Positions 51,857 through 60,424 of a DNA stretch of 64,000 bases are shown piece by piece (position 1 is the first letter of the stretch; every line of letters begins with the position of its first letter). The notes beneath the pieces are model-generated. The model ran no database searches and was not told the DNA's origin. It was given only the letters and a program-made list of their open reading frames with translations. The translations under genes were made by a program, and so were the position numbers. This DNA comes from Oligoflexia bacterium (lineage in GTDB: Bacteria; Bdellovibrionota; UBA1018; CAIPTA01; JAALKR01): positions 38,449-102,448 of the forward strand of contig JAALKR010000001.1 in NCBI GenBank assembly GCA_011087955.1, written 5' to 3'.

Positions 51857-52774
51857 GTGGTGAAGAGTGAGTTCTATGTATCGCACACCAATCAAACTCT
51901 CGGTCCTTTTTCCGAATCAGATATTCGTGACCAGATGCAGCAGAGCAAATTAGCCCTTACGGATTATCTTTGGCTTCCAGATCAGGGGCAGTGGCAGATG
52001 CTAGCATTGCATTTCATCACAGACTATCCAGCACCGACTACGCCGCCTGAAGAGGTTGAGCTGTCTGCCAGCGATTCCGCGCTTGAGGCCATGACTGACT
52101 CAAAAGCCGCGACTTCAAAACCATCCGACACAGCAAAGTCTGTGCCGACAGATCCACTCGATTTGAAGAAGTATGACAAGCTCGCCTTCAATCAGGAGCT
52201 TGGAATTTCTAACGAGCAGATTTGGTTTGTCTATCGGGATAAAGCAAAATACGGGCCCTATAGATTCCTTGAAGTGGTTCACTTGCTTCAGGAGCAGAGG
52301 ATTGACCACGCCGACTTCATTTGGAAACCAGGCATGCACGACTGGGAGCAGGCCCGAGACGTAGCTGAGTATAGCCGCGATATACTTGAGCAACTTAGCG
52401 AGAAGGAAACCTTCCATGACGTAGATATGAGAACTGTGTTCATACAACGAGCGTTTCCACGTGTACCTTATGATAGCGAAGTAATTTTGCACGATGATCA
52501 ACAGCTAATTATTGGCACAGCAACCACGCTTTCCGAAGGAGGTGCGTTTGTGGCAGTGCCAAACCCGGTACATAAGCGTGGAGATCGACTGAAGCTACAT
52601 TTCTCGGCAGCGGGTGTGCCCGTACCGTTTAATTGTGTTGCGGAAGTTACACAGGTTTATAGGACAGAGCCAACTGGTTATTGTTTGAAGTTCACTTATT
52701 TAGGACAGGACGATCAAAGGCGCATCCAAGAATTTGCTGAAAAAGAAGTGCGCAGACCAATGGCAAAAGCATAA
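51857..52774 (+). CDS. GYF-like (DUF4339) x2 + C-terminal PilZ domain protein (putative c-di-GMP receptor)
   Basis: GTG 51857 after AAGGAGG; two ~50-aa segments with W...G(P/Q)...W pattern; C-terminal RAFPRVPY...LSEGGAFV PilZ RxxxR / DxSxGG motifs. Confidence 0.65.
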   Translation: MVKSEFYVSHTNQTLGPFSESDIRDQMQQSKLALTDYLWLPDQGQWQMLALHFITDYPAPTTPPEEVELSASDSALEAMTDSKAATSKPSDTAKSVPTDPLDLKKYDKLAFNQELGISNEQIWFVYRDKAKYGPYRFLEVVHLLQEQRIDHADFIWKPGMHDWEQARDVAEYSRDILEQLSEKETFHDVDMRTVFIQRAFPRVPYDSEVILHDDQQLIIGTATTLSEGGAFVAVPNPVHKRGDRLKLHFSAAGVPVPFNCVAEVTQVYRTEPTGYCLKFTYLGQDDQRRIQEFAEKEVRRPMAKA

Positions 52775-52790
52775 CTGGAATTAGACTACG

Positions 52791-54338
52791 TTGGGACAGA
52801 GACTACTTATACGAACGAAGACAGGAGACTATGTAGCACATTCCGAAATGGAAGTGCTTCAATGGCTCAAGAATAGGCGCTGTGAATGTGGCGATGCCGT
52901 TTATCTTGAGTCCAAAGAAAAATGGGCTACAGTCTCGGACATCGGTATGATCGCCAGCCTCTTTCAGGAAAAGCCGCAATTGGAGCGTGAAAAGCCTCTT
53001 ATCACCGTTTATCGATTGGGCGCTGGAAGAAGTTTGCAGGAAGGACCATTCACACTCTCGGCTACCACAGAAATGGTGCGCCAAGGTACCCTGAGCCCTG
53101 CCTCCTGGGTATTTTTCGAAGGCGAGCTGGAATGGCGCCAAGTAAAAGCTGTAGAAATTCTTAGCCAAGCGTTGCCCCCTCTTCCAAGGGAAGCCCCGGA
53201 TTTCAGTACGCCTAAAGAGACGGCGGTTCCAGATGCAACACCGAGTGCAGTGCCAGGAGCAATGTCCGAAGCTGCGGCACCAGATCCAGTGCCAGACATT
53301 GCAACGCCAGGAGCAGTGCCCGAAGCTGTGGCACCAGATCCAGTGCCAGACATTGCAGCGCCAGGAACAGTGCCGACCGAAGAAGCTCTATCGATAGGAG
53401 TAACATCACCGCCGACACCACCTGCCCCGCTGGTCACGGAAAGCTTAGCTCAGGACCAAAGTCTCGGAGACGGGGTGGATTATATTCCTCGGGAAGAACA
53501 AACGATGGCTTTCTCCATCTTAGGCTTGTCCGCTTTAAAAGAAGAGGAGGGATTGGATGCTCCACCTGCACCACCAGTAAGCGCCCAGGTAGCTGAGGCT
53601 TCTAGTGCGCCTCTACCGGCGAGTCCGGAAGCAGCACCTTCCCCAGCAGCGCCTTCCCCAGCAGCGCCTACCCCAGCAGTGCCAACTGCTCCGACGGCTA
53701 TGAGCACCGAAATGGTAAATTCGGGTGAAAAGGCGACCGAAGAAGATTCCGATGACATGGCCATCGAAATTTCTTCCGACCCAACTTGGTATGTTAAACA
53801 AGAAAGTTCCGGCCGCTTGTCCGGACCGTTTACGTTCCAAGAGGTCGTAGGCATGCTTCAAGGCGGAAGCCTCAGCAAGGACGACAAAATTGCTAAGGTC
53901 GGAAGTGATCGTTTCAATAAAATTGAGCAACAGTATGAGTTCAACGCGAAGTATTCCATAGAAACTGTGGTTGAGAACGGGGTTGAACGACAAAAGATTT
54001 TGATTAGACGACGTCACCCACGGGCGACCTACATGACCGATGCTCAAATCAGTTTGAACGGCCAAGTATTTCACGCGAAATGTGTGAATATCAGTGCTGG
54101 AGGTGTTTTATTGGAAACCGCCAATTTGGATGTCAGCCTGAACGATCAATTAGAGCTTACTTTAATGCCTGGCGCGATAACAAAACAAATTCAAACCACT
54201 GCACTAGTTATAGGTAAAATTCCTAAAAACCCTCCCGGCTTTGCCCTCAAATTTGTTAATCTTTCGATAGAGGACAAGGAGGCCATCCAGTCTTATGTGA
54301 TGGAAACTTTAAAACGACAGCAAGCAATGGGCATGTGA
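52791..54338 (+). CDS. GYF-like (DUF4339) + Pro/Ala-rich repeat linker + C-terminal PilZ domain protein
   Basis: N-terminal DUF4339-like, PA-rich repeats, second DUF4339-like, C-terminal RRRHPRATY...NISAGGVLLE PilZ motifs. Confidence 0.65.
   Translation: MGQRLLIRTKTGDYVAHSEMEVLQWLKNRRCECGDAVYLESKEKWATVSDIGMIASLFQEKPQLEREKPLITVYRLGAGRSLQEGPFTLSATTEMVRQGTLSPASWVFFEGELEWRQVKAVEILSQALPPLPREAPDFSTPKETAVPDATPSAVPGAMSEAAAPDPVPDIATPGAVPEAVAPDPVPDIAAPGTVPTEEALSIGVTSPPTPPAPLVTESLAQDQSLGDGVDYIPREEQTMAFSILGLSALKEEEGLDAPPAPPVSAQVAEASSAPLPASPEAAPSPAAPSPAAPTPAVPTAPTAMSTEMVNSGEKATEEDSDDMAIEISSDPTWYVKQESSGRLSGPFTFQEVVGMLQGGSLSKDDKIAKVGSDRFNKIEQQYEFNAKYSIETVVENGVERQKILIRRRHPRATYMTDAQISLNGQVFHAKCVNISAGGVLLETANLDVSLNDQLELTLMPGAITKQIQTTALVIGKIPKNPPGFALKFVNLSIEDKEAIQSYVMETLKRQQAMGM
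53266..53373 (+). repeat. 54-bp x2 perfect-ish tandem repeat inside coding region (encodes APDPVPDIA[T/A]PG[A/T]VPEAV)
   Basis: gcaccagatccagtgccagacattgca... repeated back-to-back. Confidence 0.8.
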
Positions 54339-54350
54339 GGTTAATCTACC

Positions 54351-55691
54351 TTGGGAACAAACAAAAAATTTGTCATTGATACTAACGTCGTATTGTTCGA
54401 CCCGCGTTCTGTTTTTAAATTTCGCAATCACGAAGTTATCATTCCACTTGTGGTGATCGAGGAGATAGATCGCTTTAAACGTGCAATGAATGAAAACGGC
54501 CGAAATGCTCGCACCTTTTCTAGGTTGATGGATGAACTGCGAGATATGGGCTCGCTGCACGAAGGAGTAAAGCTCGACACTGGTGGAGTGCTCCGAGTGT
54601 CGATGGCGGAGTCGGAAGTATTTAAAGGTCTTGATGAAGGGTACGCAGACAACCAAATGATCGCTCTAGCGAAAAGTCTGCAAGATGAAGACCCTAGTTC
54701 AGAAATTACATTTATCTCAAAAGATATTAATCTTCGAATTAAAGCCGATGCGTTTGGCATTGAAGCGGAAGACTATAAGCCAACGAAATTTGATGGGGAC
54801 GTTCCTGAGTCCGAAGCCTTATATACAGGAACAACCACTATGGAGGTTCCGGGTGAAGTAATTGATAAATTATTCACACAAAAACGTGTAGAGATTGAGC
54901 ATCGATTGAAGCCTAACCAATTTGTTTTTTTGAAAGACGAAGCTAGTTCTTCTCACACAGCAATTGGGCGCTTTGATTATAATCAGAGCTGTATTGTTCC
55001 AGTCTATAAACCAGTGGACGGTTTGTGGGGAATTTATCCTCGAAATGCGGAACAAACGTTCGCTATCGATTTGTTACTAAATGATGAGATTAAATTGGTG
55101 AGCTTGGTGGGCACAGCCGGCACGGGTAAGACGCTTTTAGCGCTTGCAGCCGGCTTATCAAAAACTGTTGACGATGGAATTTACTCTAGACTGCTCGTTT
55201 CTCGCCCTGTGATGCCAATGGGTAAGGACCTTGGTTACCTCCCCGGAACGATCGAGGAAAAACTGCATCCGTATATGCAGCCAATCTTCGATAATATTGA
55301 CTTTCTCTTTGGTGCTTCTAGTGTGGCAAAATCCCATCGTCGAGGAGGTGTGGGGCGCGGATGCCAAGAATTGATGGAGCAGGGCTTATTAAATATCGAG
55401 CCACTCACTTATATCCGTGGTCGCTCGATTCCACAGCAGTTCATGATTGTAGATGAGGCTCAGAATCTTTCGCCCCATGAAATGAAAACAATCATTACTC
55501 GGGCAGGGGACAATACGAAGATTGTAATCACAGGTGATACATTACAAATCGATAGCCCTTATCTGGACTCCGTGAGTAATGGTCTTGCTTATGTGTTGGA
55601 ATGTTTTAAGAGCGAGCCAATAGCGGGTCACGTATCGCTCGAAAAGGGTGAACGCTCTAGGCTCTCGGAGCTTGCCACCCAATTGATGTAA
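54351..55691 (+). CDS. PhoH2-type protein: N-terminal PIN domain fused to PhoH-like ATPase
   Basis: PIN (KKFVIDTNVVLFDP...), Walker A GTAGTGKTLLALAAGL, PhoH C-terminal region. Confidence 0.85.
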   Translation: MGTNKKFVIDTNVVLFDPRSVFKFRNHEVIIPLVVIEEIDRFKRAMNENGRNARTFSRLMDELRDMGSLHEGVKLDTGGVLRVSMAESEVFKGLDEGYADNQMIALAKSLQDEDPSSEITFISKDINLRIKADAFGIEAEDYKPTKFDGDVPESEALYTGTTTMEVPGEVIDKLFTQKRVEIEHRLKPNQFVFLKDEASSSHTAIGRFDYNQSCIVPVYKPVDGLWGIYPRNAEQTFAIDLLLNDEIKLVSLVGTAGTGKTLLALAAGLSKTVDDGIYSRLLVSRPVMPMGKDLGYLPGTIEEKLHPYMQPIFDNIDFLFGASSVAKSHRRGGVGRGCQELMEQGLLNIEPLTYIRGRSIPQQFMIVDEAQNLSPHEMKTIITRAGDNTKIVITGDTLQIDSPYLDSVSNGLAYVLECFKSEPIAGHVSLEKGERSRLSELATQLM

Positions 55692-55930
55692 AAAGCGACC
55701 GCTCCACTGTAAATGCTTTTTATTAGTCCTAACCTGCTTCTAGCTGATGCGAAAATTATTTATAGATTACATTCGTGTCTGATCGGTCTGGACGATCAAG
55801 GGCAAAAAAAATCTCTATATTACGAACACGGATAATAGTGCGTAAGCGCGCTAACTACACCATCTTCCCAGACCAAAGAATTTTAAGTAGACTCCTTTAA
55901 GCTCAGGTTTTTGATTGTCTGTCATGAAAG

Positions 55931-56928
55931 TTATTCTCCATTTCTTGTAGTTGTAAGAGTGATCCACGCATAAGCGGCAGCCAATGGGACGACACCGTTT
56001 CCACAGGCTCGAATTCTGTCCACCCGATTGGCCAGCCCATCAGCCATTCGACAAATTGCGGGTTTAAGACTGGCTGAGATTTCGTCCCAATCTCCATTTG
56101 ACCCGGGCGGGAATGGTGCGATTGGATTACCGTCGATGTCAGGCCTTTGCTCTGCTGCGAATTGCCTTTCAGGCGATATTTCTGTTCCGACGCTATCGGT
56201 GTTGGCCAGTTGATCTGCTCTCTTAGATTGCTGAGGCGCGTTCTTCCTGCTCTCTGGCCGTTCGCTGAAGACACTCTCACTGTCGGCCACATATGCTTCA
56301 CCTGATCCCGAAGGCTCAATGGCATGCCCGCACCCAATCGTTCTTTGAATTTCTTGTAAGTGAGACAACCACCCATCGGCTCTTTCGCTTTCACGGTACG
56401 CCAAAATGAACAATCGCTCCCGTTTATGAGATGCACCGACTTCCGCCGCTGAGAACAGGCTTGCCTTAACGCAGCAACCCAAGCTGGATAAGTCATCGTG
56501 GACTTGCTCAAACCCCAGTCGTAAATGTCCGGGTACGTTTTCAAAGAAACAGAGTCTTGGAGAGATTTCTTGAACCACGCGAAACACATCTGGCCAGAGA
56601 TGTCTTGGGTCGTCTTTCCCTTTTTGTTTTCCCGCGACGCTAAAGGGCTGGCACGGATAACCCGCAGTAATGCAATCCACGAGGCCACGCGCCATGGCTT
56701 GCCATCGAAAGTGCGTAAATCCGTCCAAATAGGCGCTTCATCCATGGTTTTGTCTTCCATGCGCGTTGCCAAGATTTCGCACGCAAATGCTTCGATCTCG
56801 ACAAAACAGACTGTTCGAGCATTTGGCTGCGCCATTCTAATGCCGAGGTCGAGTCCGCCAACGCCAGCGCACAGCGACAAAACTGAGAGGGAACGACTAT
56901 CCACAAAACATCTTCCTTTGGTTTTCAA
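55931..56928 (-). pseudogene. C5 cytosine-specific DNA methyltransferase, disrupted (motifs distributed over two reading frames)
   Basis: frame A (55903..56928): motif I LCAGVGGLDLG, TRD-like MWPTVRVSSANG / NWPTPIASEQKYRLKG, FVEWLMGWPIGWT; frame B (55931..56728): motif IV GYPCQPFSVAG, VI FFENVPG, VIII HKRERLFILAY, X RIRACGNGVVPLAAAYAW. Confidence 0.7.
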
Positions 56929-56967
56929 GTCAGCAGAATTCGAGTACGCACCCCATATTTTGGGTAC

Positions 56968-56991
56968 GCACTAAAATAAAAACCTCGAAAG
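56968..56991. terminator. bidirectional intrinsic-terminator-like hairpin (AAAACCTCG-AAAG-CGAGGTTTT)
   Basis: 5-bp GC-containing stem, 4-nt loop, A-run upstream and T-run downstream (works on either strand). Confidence 0.5.
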
Positions 56992-57140
56992 CGAGGTTTT
57001 CTGCTGGGTTAATAAGTATTTTTAGGTGCGGACTGCGGACCCAAATTTTTAAGGTGTGACTAAATAAACACTGCGCCTAAGCCCGCCGCATAGGGAAAGA
57101 TCGCCGGAAGTACCTTTTTGCATATCAGGGAAGGGAAAAG

Positions 57141-57164
57141 CAAAAAGCCACGGGTTTCCGTGGC
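57141..57164 (-). terminator. intrinsic-terminator-like hairpin (minus-strand sense: GCCACGG-AAAC-CCGTGGC followed by TTTTTG)
   Basis: 7-bp stem, T-run only on minus strand. Confidence 0.45.
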
Positions 57165-57251
57165 TTGAGAGGTCAATTCCTGTGATCTTATATAAAAGAC
57201 TAAGAGATTTTGTTCGCCTTGTCCGCAACAATTATGTTCGCGAACATTTTT

Positions 57252-57308
57252 TATCCAAAGCTTAAGGATAAAGCTAAGCTTGATTCTTAACAATACTAAT
57301 ACTATAAT
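57252..57308 (+). promoter_or_regulatory. hipBA promoter (-35 TTGATT 57280-85, 17-bp spacer, -10 TATAAT 57303-08) preceded by HipB-operator-like inverted repeat TATCC-N9-GGATA (57252-57270)
   Basis: read directly; E. coli HipB operators are TATCC-N8-GGATA as I recall; here spacing is 9. Confidence 0.5.
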
Positions 57309-57345
57309 ATTACTAATAGTCAATAAATAAAGGTTTACTAATAAA

Positions 57346-57654
57346 ATGGTATCACTTATAACACCAGCCAAAGCACAGAAAAAGCTTGCAGAGCATGCGC
57401 GTGCGCGTCGATTGCAGATAGAATTAACGCAGGAAGGTCTTGCCGAACGCTCTGGTGTCCCTTTGCCAACGTTGCGTAAGTTTGAGCAGAAAGGCTCAAT
57501 ATCTCTAGAGTCATTCTTAAAGATCCAAATGGTGCTGGGTGGATTGGAAGACATCCTAAAAGCCACACAAATTAAAGACACGCTATTTTCATCCATAGAT
57601 GACGTGTTGGAAGCAGATAGTTCAACCACCCGTCAACGAGGAACACGCAAATGA
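57346..57654 (+). CDS. hipB: HipB-like XRE-family antitoxin/repressor
   Basis: HTH LTQEGLAERSGVPLPTLRKFEQ; 4-bp ATGA overlap with hipA. Confidence 0.8.
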   Translation: MVSLITPAKAQKKLAEHARARRLQIELTQEGLAERSGVPLPTLRKFEQKGSISLESFLKIQMVLGGLEDILKATQIKDTLFSSIDDVLEADSSTTRQRGTRK

Positions 57655-58892
57655 AAAACTACTTATCTGCATCCGAAATCAAAGTTGGTATCAATTTCGG
57701 TGATGGCGTTAATCCAGTTGGTCGATTAGCCATGCGTGATCGCCACATCTATTTTGAATATGATAGCAGCTTTATTGAACGTGGCATTGAAATATCACCA
57801 CTGCGATTACCATTACAATCAGGCGTTCAGCGCTTTGAGAATGACCTATTTGAAGGTTTGCCGGGTGTGTTTAACGATAGTCTTCCCGATGGTTGGGGGC
57901 GACTGCTTTTTGATCGCTTTATTAGATCACAAGGAATACTTCCTTCTGACATCACGCCCCTTGATCGCCTAGCGCATGTTGGATCAAACGGTCTTGGCGC
58001 GCTTGTATTTGAGCCAGATCACAGTGCAGAAGATACGCAAGATGAAATCAACCTCGATAAACTTGCCTCGCAGGCACAAGAGGTTATGGAAGGCGCATCT
58101 GATGATGTATTGGAAGAACTAATTTCTCTCAATGGGTCTTCTGCAGGCGCACGGCCAAAAGCGCTGATTGGTGTAAACGACAAACGGAATCATATCATTC
58201 ACAGCGTTCATGATTTGCCCGAAGACTATACGCCATGGATGGTCAAATTCCCGAACAGTCAAGACGGTATTGATGCTGGCGCAGTTGAATATGTTTACGC
58301 TCTAATGGCAAAAGAGGCTGGCATTACCATGCCTGACATTCATCTCTTCCCAGCGCAAAGCGGTGCAGGTTATTTTGCCATTAAACGTTTTGACCGCGAT
58401 GGCGACAAACGATATCACATGCACACAGCATGCGGGTTATTACATTCAGATTTCCGTACACCATCTCTTGATTACGAAGATTTAATCGCACTAACGGGCA
58501 TGTTGACCCGTGATGTGCGTGAAGTTGAAAAACTCTATCAACTAGCCGTATTTAACGTGCTGGCACATAACCGTGATGATCATTCAAAGAATTTTAGCTA
58601 TCTGATGGACAGCCAAGGCGGATGGAAACTCTCACCAGCCTACGACCTCACATTCTCATCTGGCCCACGCGGTGAACAAAGCACGATGGTTATGGGTGAA
58701 GGTCGAAACCCGAATACAAGCCACCTGTTAAAGCTGGCAGATGAAGCCAAAATCAAAAAAGACCGCGCCGAAGAGATTATTGAGGCCACAAAATCCAGCC
58801 TGTCCAAATGGTCAGCACTTGCAAAGAAATATGGCGTAAGTGATACGAATATAAAGCTGGTACAGAAAAAAGTGAATGAGAAAACAGAATAA
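57651..58892 (+). CDS. hipA: HipA-family serine/threonine kinase toxin
   Basis: HipA N-domain, P-loop-like region and catalytic HNRDDHSKNFSYLM motif. Confidence 0.85.
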   Translation: MKNYLSASEIKVGINFGDGVNPVGRLAMRDRHIYFEYDSSFIERGIEISPLRLPLQSGVQRFENDLFEGLPGVFNDSLPDGWGRLLFDRFIRSQGILPSDITPLDRLAHVGSNGLGALVFEPDHSAEDTQDEINLDKLASQAQEVMEGASDDVLEELISLNGSSAGARPKALIGVNDKRNHIIHSVHDLPEDYTPWMVKFPNSQDGIDAGAVEYVYALMAKEAGITMPDIHLFPAQSGAGYFAIKRFDRDGDKRYHMHTACGLLHSDFRTPSLDYEDLIALTGMLTRDVREVEKLYQLAVFNVLAHNRDDHSKNFSYLMDSQGGWKLSPAYDLTFSSGPRGEQSTMVMGEGRNPNTSHLLKLADEAKIKKDRAEEIIEATKSSLSKWSALAKKYGVSDTNIKLVQKKVNEKTE

Positions 58893-59113
58893 TGGCCATT
58901 AATTTCTCAGAAGATGAAGTTCATACATATCTCTATCAGCAAGGCATGGAAGCTTTGACTGTAGATTTTCCAAACCTAGAACAGGATTTGAAACCAGATG
59001 ACGAATTTGAGCTTTGGAAGCTCATAAAACAAAAAGCCATTTCAAAATTATCACGAATTCATGACAGTGTTCGGTACGGAGAGTTCATAGCAGTGTCACT
59101 GCAGCAGAAGTGA
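58892..59113 (+). CDS. hypothetical 73-aa acidic protein translationally coupled to hipA (ATAATG overlap)
   Basis: ATG overlaps hipA TAA; no homology recognised. Confidence 0.4.
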   Translation: MAINFSEDEVHTYLYQQGMEALTVDFPNLEQDLKPDDEFELWKLIKQKAISKLSRIHDSVRYGEFIAVSLQQK

Positions 59114-59194
59114 TGGCCTTTAAGTTGATGCAAGAGTGTGAGAAAAAGTGGATGTCAATAAGAGGCTACCAAGATATTGATAAACTTTTACAGT

Positions 59195-60122
59195 TCATCC
59201 AACCAAGAGGGAGTTGCCTAGGCTCTGACCCACAACTTTTGGGGGTATCTCGCGTCGGTCATTCCAAGAAGTGACTTCTTTCCAAGGCAAAGTTTGGTCT
59301 GCGTCTGTCTTATTTTTATCATATTCACAATTGAGCTTAAAGTCGTATTGCATCTGAGCTCCAGTTCCACCGCTGTTACTTCCTTTCCCCAGAGGAAGGT
59401 GTATAGTGTCATTAGAGCTAGTTGTTTCCCATTTAGATCTAAAGGTTCCCCCGATTTTTGCGTATCTAGAGATAACGTCAGATTCGTTTCCATTTCCGTC
59501 AGACACTTGCAAGTAAATGTAATAAGTCCCAGGGGAATTTGGGAATGTATGATTACCATTCTCGTCCATGTCCTGGACAATGATTGTTTCAGATTTGCGT
59601 TCTTCGATGGGCTCATAAGGGTAATCTTCTGGAAAGACGTAATTCGGATTGTCTGGGTCCGCGTGCTCTTCCTTTTCTAGAATTTTCACTCTAACGAAGC
59701 ATTCCTCCCATAGGCAATCCCATCTCCAAGTTTTTTCAGATTGCCACTCGTCATTGTTTTCTAAGTCGATTGGAACAAGAGGAGTGTTTTGATCTCCAAC
59801 AATGGAATAAAAGGAGAAGACTTCTGAAACTCTTCCATTTGCATTAGGAGCGTCATCTTGAATTTGAATATGCAAATAATAGGCATAACTGCCCTGGATC
59901 GAGAGATCCTTGGCATGTCCACTCCCAAGTATGTGATGAGCTGGGTTGGCTTTTACTTTTGAGGATATTTCCCTGCAAGTCGACAGGAATGAGTGGGTCG
60001 TCTCTATCTTGATCTTGTGCAAATTTAACTTCAATTTCATACGAGTGATACGATTTATACGATTCATCCGAGCAAGCGACAGTGAATATTAACGCAACAG
60101 CTATAGCAATTATTTTACTCAT
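59195..60122 (-). pseudogene. tandem-repeat lipoprotein gene with frameshift (~59890-59910)
   Basis: 59853..60122 ORF gives lipobox IFTVAC + first repeat (...PLIPVDLQGN...HTWEWTC); second frame 59195..60067 continues with homologous repeats (...PLVPIDLENN...KTWRWDC...); both read QGS across the shift site. Confidence 0.6.
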
Positions 60123-60424
60123 AGATTTATATCCTCGATGTCGTCCTTAGGTCCTAGCCCACTACCCTCACCTGCAGATAAAGCTACGATCTTAATACGT
60201 ATGTCTTTTCTCCTAGTTCTATTGCTCTTCATGCGGCAAGTCATGTGCCACTCGTAATACTGCAAGCTATATGTCGCTCGTATGCTAATAGAATCAAAAA
60301 ATTAAACGGGAATTTGAAGATCGAATCGAAAAGTTTAGTTGCATTTGCCTAGTTCTTGTACGGTTATAAGAGTTGAACTCGAGAATTAGGCACTCGTCCC
60401 AATTTTTCATGCTATCTATGGCGT

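Noticed and set aside
53009-54074. Minus-strand ORFs of 124-153 aa inside the PilZ-2 gene
   Set aside because: Generated by the Pro/Ala-rich repeat region, which is open in many frames. No motifs.
56525-56974. Plus-strand 149-aa ORF overlapping the MTase region, and a third minus-strand frame open at 56640..56906
   Set aside because: No motif content. Openness of all frames here reflects the composition of the acquired DNA. Only the two MTase-motif-bearing frames are meaningful.
57160-57200. tRNA-like 3' end (GGTCAATTCC) as possible att site for the island
   Set aside because: I could not fold a T-arm or acceptor stem around it. More likely it is part of the terminator-like hairpin region.
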